The position numbers and the translations under genes are program-made. The notes under the pieces were generated by a model. It saw nothing but the letters and a program-made list of their open reading frames with translations. It was not told where the DNA came from and did no database searches. This document shows positions 37,701 to 48,438 of a stretch of 64,000 nt of DNA, one piece after another. Within the stretch, counting starts at the first letter, position 1. Every line of letters starts with the position of its first letter. Source of the stretch: Botryllus schlosseri (taxonomy: Eukaryota); contig CM119372.1 in the NCBI GenBank assembly GCA_051294905.1, positions 10,232,001 through 10,296,000 of the forward strand. The letters run 5' to 3'.

Positions 37701-40700
37701 AAGAAATCGTTTGTCGAGAAATTGAAAAAACTGATTGTTTTGATTTTGAGGTGCACTGCGTTCTAAATATGATGAGGTCTGAAATTAAAGTTGAAACTGT
37801 GAAATTCATTTTGACAGCAGCCATTTTCCTGAGAAAGCCACCGTCTTCAAAATGCAACTATAGCATTTTCACGAAAAGTACCAATTCAATCCATATATCT
37901 CTGCGGTGTAGAGATCACGGATCACCATTTGCAAAACTTCTGGCACGCATCATTTAAAGGCTGCGCATTATCAGCGTGATCAAGCAGTCACGGGGAGAAG
38001 TAAGATTGGTGAGTTGTGATTTGTCTGTGAGAACACGTGCCAGAAATTTCAAAAATGGTTAAGAAGCGCAGAGGTGACGGTGAGACACAGCAGAGGTAGA
38101 TAGAGTGGAATGACTTTTGGAGGATAATGGCCACTGCCAAACTGTTTTTCAAACTTCCTTCTTTAATTTGAGACAACATCATATTTAAAGCGCAGTGCTC
38201 CTAAAATATACTGAATTCCGGAATGCAAGCACTACAATGTGACCATGATCCACCATCCTCGGTGGGAATGTTTAACTGAATTTTTGTAAATGCACCATTG
38301 CGGTGTGGTAACCGAAAGCGATTTGAATACTCAAGCATTCAGCATACGCTTGAGTCAGTCATCCAAATGGTGTCCAGCGCTTCTACTTCAACAAGCTTTA
38401 TTTTTATTTTCGGTCACAGAGTTTATGAGAGAATTTCCACAGTCATTTAGCATTAACGGTCCAGCAAATCTGATTTTATATATTAAAACATCGACAAGGA
38501 TAATAAAGGTTCACCTGTGGTTAATAAGATACCACTTTAACTTTCGAAATTGCTGTTCAGCTAGTCCACCGGTTGGAGTAAAAAATATGACTTTCGCATT
38601 CGTCTCTTTTGCTAAATGCTCTCTTATAATCGAAGCAGCAACCGTTGTCTTGCCAGAATCTGTCGGATGAGTGGCACAGAAATTGTTACTGATTGCTGCT
38701 TACAATTTTCAACTACACCTAATTATCAAGTAGCGGTTTACCAAAATGATGAACTTCTCAATAAATGTTGAGTAATGTAAGAGAAACAAAAATAGGGATA
38801 TTTCAAATAATACTGACAGAGTTTCTCTTGGCGCAGTATCGCGAAAATAAACATCACTGTAATGTTCAATTTACCTCAAACATGGCGAAATATTGACAGA
38901 AAAACATCGCGAATTGGGATTTCAACGGGAAATTTATGGAGATGAGGCGCAAGAATTGGGAATTATGTCAGGGAATAATACGATGTAGCTTCAATCATAA
39001 ACCTTTTGATACATATACGTTGCACTACCAAAACCGCACTGAATGAGAGACATGACAATATGCTACTTTGACAGCACATTGATATACCATTATGGCATCA
39101 GCGTCCAATTGAATTTTTATATATGCCTTTTCAGATACCGTAGTAGTAATGTTGATTCATAACAAGTTCACAACATACGATTGATTAGGACAAGGTTACT
39201 ATATTAGAAACCTTAAATAGAAGAAACAAACCTCTTTGATTGCATCATATGCAGTGGGACGAATTCATCAACATTCACGGATAACACTATTACTAACTGT
39301 GATTATTAAATCTTAAGTACAAGTCATAATATTCGTCATGGTAATTCATTTACAAAATAAAAATTATCTCACTTGTAGGAGCACAAATCACAACATTTTC
39401 CCCCTGAAGAGCAATCTTGCACAATTCCTCTTGATACTTCCTCAGGACTAAAAGTGCATAATCAAGTGACAGTTCAAATCAAAGTTAATAAACCTATTCT
39501 TACCCTGGGGAGCCTCTTTATCTTCGCTTGAAGAAGGTATTGATTCCGTCGGTATCTGACATTCTAAAGGGAAATAAGATGTCATTTAACTGGAATATCT
39601 CGTGGAGTTTCCAACTCAATTACCTTTTTGTTTTGTTTTCGTGCCGCTTAAATCCTGGAAGAAAATAGTCAATCATAAATATTCAAAGTCGTGGGGATCA
39701 GTGAACTAAGGTATCGTATTTCAAAGCAACCCAAATTCATTCAATTTCAAATGCTATGGCTCAGACTTGAAATTTCAAGTAAAAAGCAATTTAATTCAGT
39801 GTTTAATTTCCTCAACTCAACTATTTGGTTACTGTTACCCTAATCAACCTGCGATATTAGTTATCTCATCTGCTCAAGTCACACAATTTACATACCGTAC
39901 ATAGATATGACGCTGGCAAGTGGCGACTAGAAATTTAACTATTCAGCCAGAGGAATGGACACAGATGTAGTTACAACTGCAACATATTTACTCACAATAT
40001 TGCGGTTAGATGGCACATAACTTGAGGACTTTGAGAGTTGTTCAGCATCCTCCACTATTACCATTTCCTCCATAGCTTCCTCCAAGTTGAAGCATCCTAC
40101 AAAGGGCAACGCAAAAAATTAGCATGGCTTGTGTATAAAAATATTGTGTTGCGACATTGACCTGATAATCATTTTCAGTCTAATTACAGCTAATTGACTT
40201 GTTACCAGACAGCGTCTGTATTTGAAGATATTCAGTCACTTCATTTCCGCCTTTAACATTGCTATCAGTCTCTGTCAATGTCTCCAGTACGAATGAATTT
40301 CATGGATTCTTCTGGACCAGAGTAATCTAATACAGTAGCATTTTGCTAACTAATGTTCTATATAATTGGAAGATATTCCATATGAATAGTCTACAGTAGT
40401 GCTATTGAACCGGTGTACACGATGCGTCAAAATATGCAGGTGCATCACAAACTTGTCACATTAAATCGGGGGTCCTCAAACTGGGGTGCTGCTAGTAAGA
40501 ATGCACATTAGCCACTGCAAATACTACAATATTGGGTTCTTGGTATCATTGCGATGTGTTGGTTTTTATGAAGATAATTTTGACACGTATATCAATTTGA
40601 CTTCTTTACTGCATATTGTCTCAAGCGAATTTTCTCTCCAAGATTGTTGTCAATTATATAGGCTACATACACAATACATAGGTTCATGCCGTTAGTGAAC

Positions 40701-41913
40701 AGGGTGCAGGGATGTGGGAGTTTGACACAACAACTTCGAGGGATTACTAAATCAAGAGGTTGAAGAGCACTGGTCTATGCAACCTTCCACACCTTTCTGT
40801 TTGCAGGAGAGTTACAAACTCTCGAAATATTAGCAGCGATTGTCTATTTTGTTGTGCACATAACTCTTTAAAATGACGGCAAAGTGCTTAAAGGGTACAA
40901 ACTGAAAGAGGTTATGGCGATGTTGGGATAAAATATCTTGTGATTGCGATATAGATTGCGCTTCTATCAACTTTGATCTTTGAAGAAATTTTAGGGGAGT
41001 CACTGGTAGACTACTCAATGTTACAAATATGTGTAGTCAATAAAAACTAACACAATCGAACATGACCCTTCAACTCACCACAGTAGTCTTGGAGAAGTTC
41101 CACGAGGGTGTGATTTTCACATAATCCAGTATCAGACCCGCTATAGTTCAGCATTTTTATAGCTTCAATGAAGTGGTCAATCCAGGTAGGTTTTTTGTAG
41201 ATAAGTTTGTGTAGAAGACTACAGACTGCATTGGAGTTTGACTTCGTCCGTGCAAGATTTTCAATTTCCTCTCTATAATCAACCATAATGGTAGAGCTTG
41301 GTAAGATCAATTTCAGAAATTCTACCTCTCATTCTCATTGAGAAAATGTCTGACCATATATTCCGCTACTTCAACAGCATGAATGCATTCGAGCGTGGGC
41401 ATCAAGTGCCCAAGGATATCTTTGAGTTTATCTATCTTCTGCATTCTTCTGAAGCATTCGAAAAAATCCGTGGTGAAGTGTTCATCTTCCAATAGAGGTA
41501 CAAGCCATTCATATTGCTTCACTGCAAAACGAAATACGTTATTCTTTTCAAACCAATAACATACTTCAGCACAATATCACCTTCTTTTAGAACGTCTATC
41601 AATTCTTGTACAACTTGCACAATACTAACGGATGAGCCGTCGGTACATGATCTCTCAAGGCATTCTACAAATCGTTCCACTCTCGTCCTTCTTGCTTGGT
41701 CATCGCTACCTTTAACGCCTCGTATGTTCATTCCACCTGCAGTTATTGGTTTCATGTCATTTAATATCAATCAGTGTATCTGATACAAGTTTATCATACA
41801 CCACCTGTGTCGAAAATCCTTGTTCCATCGAATAAGTCTATGACGTCTAAAGGCTCTAACCAGTTTTCAAAAATACCCTGAAGTATTTCGAATTTGATTT
41901 TCCGTGCTCCCAT
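24171..41913 (-). CDS. DDX58-like: RIG-I-like receptor (2xCARD, DExH helicase Hel1/Hel2i/Hel2, pincer, Zn-binding CTD), ~1000 aa; one apparent +1 frameshift as given
   Basis: Minus-strand exons: 41913-41805, 41736-41581, 41521-41326, 41272-41079, [40326-40206 cassette], 40096-39996, 39654-39624, 39563-39504, 39447-39373, 38659-38515, 37361-37241, 36292-36125, 34621-34450, 33837-33745, 32958-32806, 31685-31541, 31144-30993, 30414-30327, 30196-30026, 28797-28640, 25718-25570, 24537-24171. Motifs: Q LRKYQEEL, I APTNSGKT, TPQIL, II DECH, III GLTAT, V GEGVDIPNC, VI QLKGRAR, CTD LLCRHC and CVECPQDWG. All junction phases fit except 33745 to 32958. Confidence 0.92.
26185..28538. mobile_element. 2.35-kb palindromic (foldback) non-autonomous DNA element in an RLR intron
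   Basis: Arms at ~26185-27337 and ~27388-28538 are reverse complements along their whole length (ends AGGGTGGA...TCCACCCT; e.g. cctttgatatttggtcccaaatctcgaatgaattact in both). Spacer is ~50 nt. TSD is not cleanly resolved. Confidence 0.93.
28640..33837 (-). CDS. RLR Hel2i/Hel2/pincer exons (motifs IV, V, VI)
   Basis: NPEFQSWCRKV; ENKMLDIITERI...FRCMVMVSRR; GMTHKKQGETIKAFNEGKFRVLVCTPDAAGEGVDIPNCSLVI...EVQLK|GRAR. Confidence 0.88.
29178..29651. mobile_element. Charlie-like hAT MITE (composite)
   Basis: Perfect TSD CCCTAGAC on both sides. The right end ...TTTGAGAACTACTG pairs with an internal CAGTGGTTCTCAAACT at 29369. Confidence 0.75.
31850..32575 (+). repeat. Dispersed repeat, probably a hAT-derived left end
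   Basis: Colinear with 61648-62370 (agggccac..gagatttacgaacc...ggctacg..atgcgtcggaa); fragment at ~45200-45385. Confidence 0.8.
34450..39447 (-). CDS. RLR Hel1 exons (motifs Q, I, Ia, Ib, II, III)
   Basis: VLRKYQEELCKIALQGENVVICAPT|NSGKTTVAASII...FFTPTGGLAEQQ; DVIVMTPQILLN; FTLLVFDECHHT; IVGLTATLG. Confidence 0.93.
34750..35234. mobile_element. hAT-type MITE rich in gacttgactcg repeats
   Basis: TIR CAGGGTTGTAA...TTACAACCCTG; ccaaagac flanks both sides, offset by 2 nt on the right. Related copies at ~36685-37113 and ~22420-22645. Confidence 0.82.
36390..37213. mobile_element. MITE (CAGAGGTGGTCAAAGTAG ends) with a nested copy of the gacttgactcg family
   Basis: Ends CAGAGGTGGTCAAAGTAGT...ACTACATTGATCAATTCTG. 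The tacttctacttctacttgag body is shared with ~6870-7085 and ~56408-56632, and is interrupted at ~36685-37113 by the 34750 family. Confidence 0.65.
41079..41913 (-). CDS. RLR exons 1-4: tandem CARD-like domains
   Basis: MGARKIKFEILQGIFENWLEPLDVIDLFDGTRIFDT|GGMNIRG...ELIDVLKE|VKQYEWLVPLL...|REEIENLARTKSNSNAVCSLLHKLIYKKPTWIDHFIEAIKML. Helical CARD pattern including W..F..A; introns of 68, 59 and 53 nt. Confidence 0.8.
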
Positions 41914-41991
41914 CTCCACAATATAATTAGTTACCGTTTATAACATTACGCAGAATCATACAGAAATGTTATCACGAGCCCCCCAGAGGTG

Positions 41992-41999
41992 TTTATATA
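41992..41999 (-). promoter_or_regulatory. Candidate TATA box of the RLR gene
   Basis: TATATAAA on the minus strand ~80 bp upstream of the ATG at 41913. Confidence 0.4.
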
Positions 42000-42094
42000 G
42001 CTCAGTGGGTGTAACCAAAGAATGTAGAAGTGGGTGTAACCGGTTTCTGCATAACACGTAGCATTTTAAGTTCTAACATTAGGAAAGGGAGGAA

Positions 42095-45020
42095 GGTTGG
42101 TTCGATTGGTTTGAAATAAGGACAAATATGTTAGAAATGAGGCGAGTCTCATGTCAGAAATGAGGATAGTCATGTCAGAAATGAGGATAGTCATGTCAGA
42201 AATAAGGATAGTCGCTATATTCACTATAAAGTCAGTTACAGTACCAGGCACGACTTTCTAGTGCTGCTAACCCAGTCCGAACACATCCCAGACATGATGT
42301 CCAAACACGCCCCAGACACGATGTCCGGGTATCAACACAGGCCGAACACGCCCAAGACACCATGTCCGAATGGCAACACAGGCCGAAAACACCCCAGACA
42401 TGATGTCTGAACACGCCCCAGATACGATGTCCGGGTATCAACACGGGCCGAACACGCCAAAAAGACACCATGTCCGAATGGCAACACGGACCGAACACGC
42501 CCCAGACACGATGTCCGAGTGTCAACTCAGATCCGAAAACAACCCAGACACCATGCTCGAATGGCCGAACATGCCCCAGACACGATGTCCGATTGGCAGC
42601 ACAGGCCGAACACACCACAGACATGATGTCCAAACACGCCCCAGATACGATGTCCGGGTATCAACACAGGCCGAACACGCCCTAGACATCATGTGTGAAT
42701 GGCAGTACAGGCCGAACACCCCCCCCCCAGACATGATGTCCGAACACGCCCCAGATACGTTGTCCGGGTATCAACACGGCCGAACACACCCAAGACACCA
42801 TGTCCGAATGGCAGCACAGGCCGAACACACCCCAGACATAATGTGTGAATGGCATCATAGGCCGACCACATCCCAGACATGATGTCCAAAGTCGCCGCAG
42901 ACACAATGTCCGAACACAGCCGAGACACCATGTTTGAATGGCAGTACAGGCCGAACACCCCCCCCCCCAAGACATGATGTCCGAACACGCCCCAGATACG
43001 TTGTCCGGGTATCAACACGGCCGAACACACCCAAGACACCATGTCCGAATGGCAGCACAGGCCGAACACACCCCAGACATAATGTGTGAATGGCATCATA
43101 GGCCGACCACATCCCAGACATGATGTCCAAAGTCGCCGCAGACACAATGTCCGAACACAGCCGAGACACCATGTTTGAATGGCAGTACAGGCCGAACACC
43201 CCCCCCCCCCAAGACATGATGTCCGAACACGCCCCAGATACGTTGTCCGGGTATCAACACGGCCGAACACACCCAAGACACCATGTCCGATTGGCAGCAC
43301 AGGCCGAACACACCCCAGACATAATGTGTGAATGGCATCATAGGCCGACCACATCCCAGACATGATGTCCAAAGTCGCCGCAGACACAATGTCCGAACAC
43401 AGCCGAGACACCATGTTTGAATGGCAGTACAGGCCGAACACCCCCCCCCCCCCAGACATGATGTCCGAACACGCCCCAGATACGTTGTCCGGGTATCAAC
43501 ACGGCCGAACACACCCAAGACACCATGTCCGAATGGCAGCACATGCCGAACACACCCCAGACATAATGTGTGAATGGCATTAGGCCGACCACATCCCAGA
43601 CATGATGTCCGAAGTCGCCGCAGACACAATGTCCGAACACAGCCGAGACACCATGTTTGAATGGCCGAACATGCCCCAGACACGATGTCCGATTGGCAGC
43701 ACAGGCCGAACACACCCCAGACATGATGTCCAAACACGCTCCAGATACGATGATCGGGTATCAACACAGGCCGAACACGCCCAAGACACCATGTCCGAAT
43801 GGCAACACAGGCCGATAACACCCCAGACATGATGTCCGAATACGCCCCAGATACGAAGTCCGGGTATCAACACGGGCCGAACACGCCCAAGACACCATGT
43901 CCGAATGGCAACACAGGCCGAACACACCCCAGACACGATGTCCAAGTGTCAACTCAGATCCGAAAACAACCCAGACACCATGCTTGAATGGCCGAGCATG
44001 CCCCAGACACGATGTCCGATTGGCAGCACAGGCCGAACACAACCCATACATGGTGTCGGAACGCCCCAGACACGATGTGCTATTGGCAACACAGTCCCAA
44101 CGCCCCCCAGACACGATGTTAATAAGGTTTGTCGTGTTTGAAATAAGGTCAGTCTAGTGTTTGAAATAAGGATAGTCATGTTAGGAATAAGGATAGCCAT
44201 GTTTGATATAGGGATAGTCATGTTTGAAATAAGGATAGTCTCATGTCAGAAATGAGGATAGTCATGTCAGAAATGAGGATAGTCATGTCAGAAATAAGGA
44301 TAGTCTCTATATTCACTATAAAGTCAGTTACAGTACCAGGCACGACTTTCTAGTGCTAACCCAGTCCGAACACATCCCACACATGATGTCCGAACACGCG
44401 CCAGATACGATGTCCGGGTATCAACACGGCCGAACACACCCAAGACACCATGTCCGAATGGCAGCACAGGCCGAACACACCCCAGACATAATGTGTGAAT
44501 GGCATTAGGCCGACCACATCCCAGACATGATGTCCGAAGTCGCCGCAGACACAATGTCCGAACACAGCCGAGACACCATGTTTGAATGGCCGAACATGCC
44601 CCAGACACGATGTCCGATTGGCAGCACAGGCCGAACACACCCCAGACATGATGTCCAAACACGCTCCAGATACGATGATCGGGTATCAACACAGGCCGAA
44701 CACGCCCAAGACACCATGTCCGAATGGCAACACAGGCCGATAACACCCCAGACATGATGTCCGAATACGCCCCAGATACGATGTCCGGGTATCAATACAG
44801 GCCGAACACGCCCGAGACACCATGTCCGAATGGCATCACAGGCCGAACACACCCCAGACATGATGTCCAAGCACGCCCCAGACACGATGTCCAAGTATCA
44901 ATACAGGCCGAACACACCCAAGACACCATGTCCGAATGGCAACACGGACCGAACACGCCCCAGACACGATGTCCGAGTATCAACACAGGCCGAATACGCT
45001 TAAGACACGATGTCCGAATG
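42095..45020 (+). repeat. Left arm: complex minisatellite
   Basis: 21-bp units catgtcagaaatgaggatagt, then GC-rich degenerate units (gaacacgccccagacatgatgtcc / gaatggcagcacaggcc). A ~242-bp higher-order period is marked by poly-C tracts near 42720, 42960, 43200 and 43441. The module restarts at ~44125. Confidence 0.95.
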
Positions 45021-46215
45021 AATAATTGACCAGGATAATGGAATTTTATCGAGCGATCATTCGGAACAATGCCGATTTCCAGATTTCAGACTTGGACGGC
45101 TATATTTATTGGTGGTTCCGTTGACCTGCCAGCTTTAAAATTGTATTTGCGAAATAGCTTTCGATCAAGATCGGTATTGGTAAATTGTAGTTTCATTCAA
45201 AGTTAATTTATGAGTTCGGCCGATACTAATGTCCCTTGCATTTATTGCGGGTCGCCTGTGTTTGCCGCTGGGTTTATTTGACAAGGACAGGAATATTTGG
45301 GGCTCACACATATAAATATCGAAGACTCCTGGTTACACGTCTATAATTTCAAATGCCGATGCGAAGTTGGATGTTGGACGCACTGGCGTAGCCAGGGGGG
45401 ACGAAAGGGGCAATTTTTCACATCAGTATAACAGCTTTCGTTGAAATTCTTTTAATTTCAACTTCGGGCCACTCTGTGCATGCCGCTGACAGCATAAATA
45501 AATCAACACTCACTAAACGAGCAGGCACCTTGCCGATCGCAAAAAATACTTACTTTGTTAGGCCTACAAAAGTTTGCTCGAAATATCAAGCTTTCCGTTT
45601 GTGAATATTTTGTGACTCTCTGCTGTGAGCTTGGCCCGCAATCACACAACATTACGAGCGAAATACGCTATCATGTAAGTAGTGAGCGAATGCGATGTTT
45701 ATTCAACCAATCAATAAGATATAAAAAGAATACATCTTTGTCTAATGTAAAAAATCCAGCAGGCGTACGGGATCCCTCTTGATTCTATATGTTTATTATA
45801 TTATAAAAATCAAATCCGTGCGATCGGGGTTATTGTTATGTTGGCTATTGTATAACTTGTTAATGGGGTAATATATAAACCCGTTTAAAACTGTTCAATA
45901 TCAATGTAGCAATAGTCAGACGCCGAATACATTGTCCGGTCTGGCATAGACCGTTAAGGCGGAAGCTTATATTCCCAAACAAGTTCTCGTCGAAATCTTT
46001 GGCAAAGCGACACAAGATCTTGATTTTATGGGATTATTATATCATTTAATTTAATTGCTTTGCTTGATGACACATTTAGTAACGTTCAAATAATCAGCAT
46101 GTAGGCCTACGTCAGCATTGTGGCATATGTGACCTGAGTCGTCGCCATGTATCGTGTACGACGTACGTACATTAATATATCAATTCACCGAAATGCAGAG
46201 TTGCAATTGGCAATA

Positions 46216-46392
46216 TGACGTCACTTGACGGCATAGTTTCACTTTCGCGTTCACACAGAACATTTCAAAAAGGTTCAAGTTCACACGAACCTGAACCTTT
46301 TAGAGATTCATCCCATCCCTAGTACGTGGGGAATCCGATTTCTAGTTCCTTGGCGATTTTGAGGGTTTTCTGGTGCCCTGGCTCTTATAAAA
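46216..46392. promoter_or_regulatory. CRE/ATF + ISRE/IRF-E + kappaB-like motif cluster
   Basis: TGACGTCA at 46216-46223, TGACG half-site at 46226-46230, AGTTTCACTTTC (reverse complement GAAAGTGAAACT) at 46235-46246, GGGGAATCC at 46328-46336, TATAAAA at 46386-46392. Confidence 0.55.
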
Positions 46393-47989
46393 TATAATAC
46401 AAATACATGTGTGTTGAATGGCACTGTTTTAGTGCTATAGGTCTATATACCCGATGGCATCAATGTTCTCTAGCTTCTTCGGTATATTCCAGTGATTCTC
46501 AACCTTTTTTCCACCGCCGTCTCCTCTCAGACATTCATGGTTGCCGCTTCCATATTTAAGCATTGTACTAAAGACGATGCGGTAAAGGTCGAAGTATGGT
46601 CGCTCATGCCGGGTTTTGACTTGACCTAATTGGAATTATTTCGCTCATGAATCGCGCCCAATGACCACTCAACTATTTATCGAACTAATAATTGTATGTA
46701 CTATTTTCGGGATAAAATCAAGGTTGATATTCCGAGCGCAGGGTAGGGGCCATACCTATCAGATCGAACCCAATGTATAGTCTATATAGCGGCTAGGATA
46801 TAGCTTAGGTTCTACCCGACAGGTAAAGCCCAGGGGCTCTCAGCCTATTCTTGGTCGTAGGCCTTTTCCGGTTTGAAAATGTGTTGTGGCCCACCTCTTA
46901 TCTTAGAGTTATAATCCTGTTGATTGCGTGGTAATCGACAGCGCCGATATGCATATTTCTCTAAAATATGCGCATATTTCTTTACTGATGAGTGATGATA
47001 TTAAAATCTAGGCATAATGGGGCATGAAATCGCGCGAAGCGTGACAGAATTTTCCAAGTTGAATAAATATCCACTAACAAACGACCAACAAAATAATATT
47101 GGACCCCTTCGAGCTCCCAATTGGGGGTTTCGGTGTGGCAGTTACAGCCCTCGTAGATCATAGGCTAGAAGTCCTGAATATTATTCTGATCGCCCGCTGC
47201 TCCATTCGCATCGCGAAACACGATGATCAGATCCCGGCATCCACTGTGTAATTGGGACTTTAGTTCCACTGTTGTGTGGAATAATGATCATTCTGGACCA
47301 GCTTCGAACAATACATTGGTGAATGGGGTACTATACAGCAAAGTATCTGCGATTTCAGCTTTAATCCAATGATAAAATCAATTCATACGACTCTTACACA
47401 AATATCAGTGCATGGTCGCGGTGCTGTATCATTTCTGACTCAAAAGGTCCCCGTAATGTAGAGAAACCTGAATCGTGATTTATTAATACAAATAAAATAC
47501 AACAAATTCAAAAGTCCGCGTTTACAGTTGAATCTCTGGAATTCATCAATCCTCACAACGCATACATACGGTTAACGATATATTACGACTCAAGTAAATG
47601 GAGCATAGAAATAAGTGAACTTGTATCGTCGTTACCGCGACTGTTTTAGCAGCGGTTCATAAGTGCATTGAACCAACCAATCATCATCGTCAATTTCATT
47701 GTTCGCGATCAAAGTGTTGCTCTACTTATTCTTGCTAGCTTGGTAACAATATGTTCAAGTGAAAAGCAAAGCCGGTGGCCCGCGAGCATTTCGAATGTTT
47801 GAATCCGGCCCGCGACGTAATTTTGAGTTTGACAGCCCTGGTTTACAACGCAGGATATTTGTGGCCAGATAGTTATTGTTTTTAGTTGCTTGCTGATGCT
47901 GTATAGTAAAGCGATGCAGTGAAGGAATATGAAATTGCTATAGTTGTTGAAATTTACGGACGGGTGATCAGAATAGAACCCCGAGGAAG

Positions 47990-48360
47990 TATCTGGCAGA
48001 TGTTCAGTACGTTATCGCAAAGTATTCGAAGAAAGAGTGCGACTGTGATTCCGATTTTTGAAGACACAACTGTCCAGCATTTTGGCATATTAATATTAAA
48101 TGATGAAGATTATGCTTTTGGAGATGCTGATTATCCACTGAGGACTTACTTATTCACGCCACTATTATGGCCAAGAACATTGACCGAAAAATGTCACTAT
48201 TGTTTTCATACATAATGTTACCCTTTCTGGCATAGAGCACAGTGCTTTGGGTGTTGAAAAAATATCTCGCGCATTGCCTATATTCAAGGAAGAACCTCAG
48301 AATATAATTGTGACAATAGCCTGCCTCTGCCTTCACAATCTATCAATTCAGACGAGGAAG
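47990..48360 (+). pseudogene. Decayed PIF/Harbinger (HARBI1-like DDE) transposase fragment
   Basis: FGDADYPLRTYLFTPLLWPRTLTEK*, then frameshifted IE..CFGVLKK and NIIVTIACLCLHNL, resembling the Harbinger pattern LGDSGYPL..WLMTP...IERxFGVLK...IIxACCVLHN. Confidence 0.8.
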
Positions 48361-48438
48361 ATGGAGCTGAATTTGATGAAATACTTCAAATGGAAGCGTT
48401 GAACGCACTCGCATGGTGTCGACTCCTACAGACTACAC

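Noticed and set aside
42240..45020. CRISPR-like appearance (short repeats alternating with other sequence)
   Set aside because: The intervening units are themselves repeated and degenerate, there are no cas genes, and the context is eukaryotic.
42232..45029. Many overlapping ORFs up to 256 aa with Cys/His-rich repeats
   Set aside because: They are open in several frames on both strands because the minisatellite is stop-poor; no domain or splice structure.
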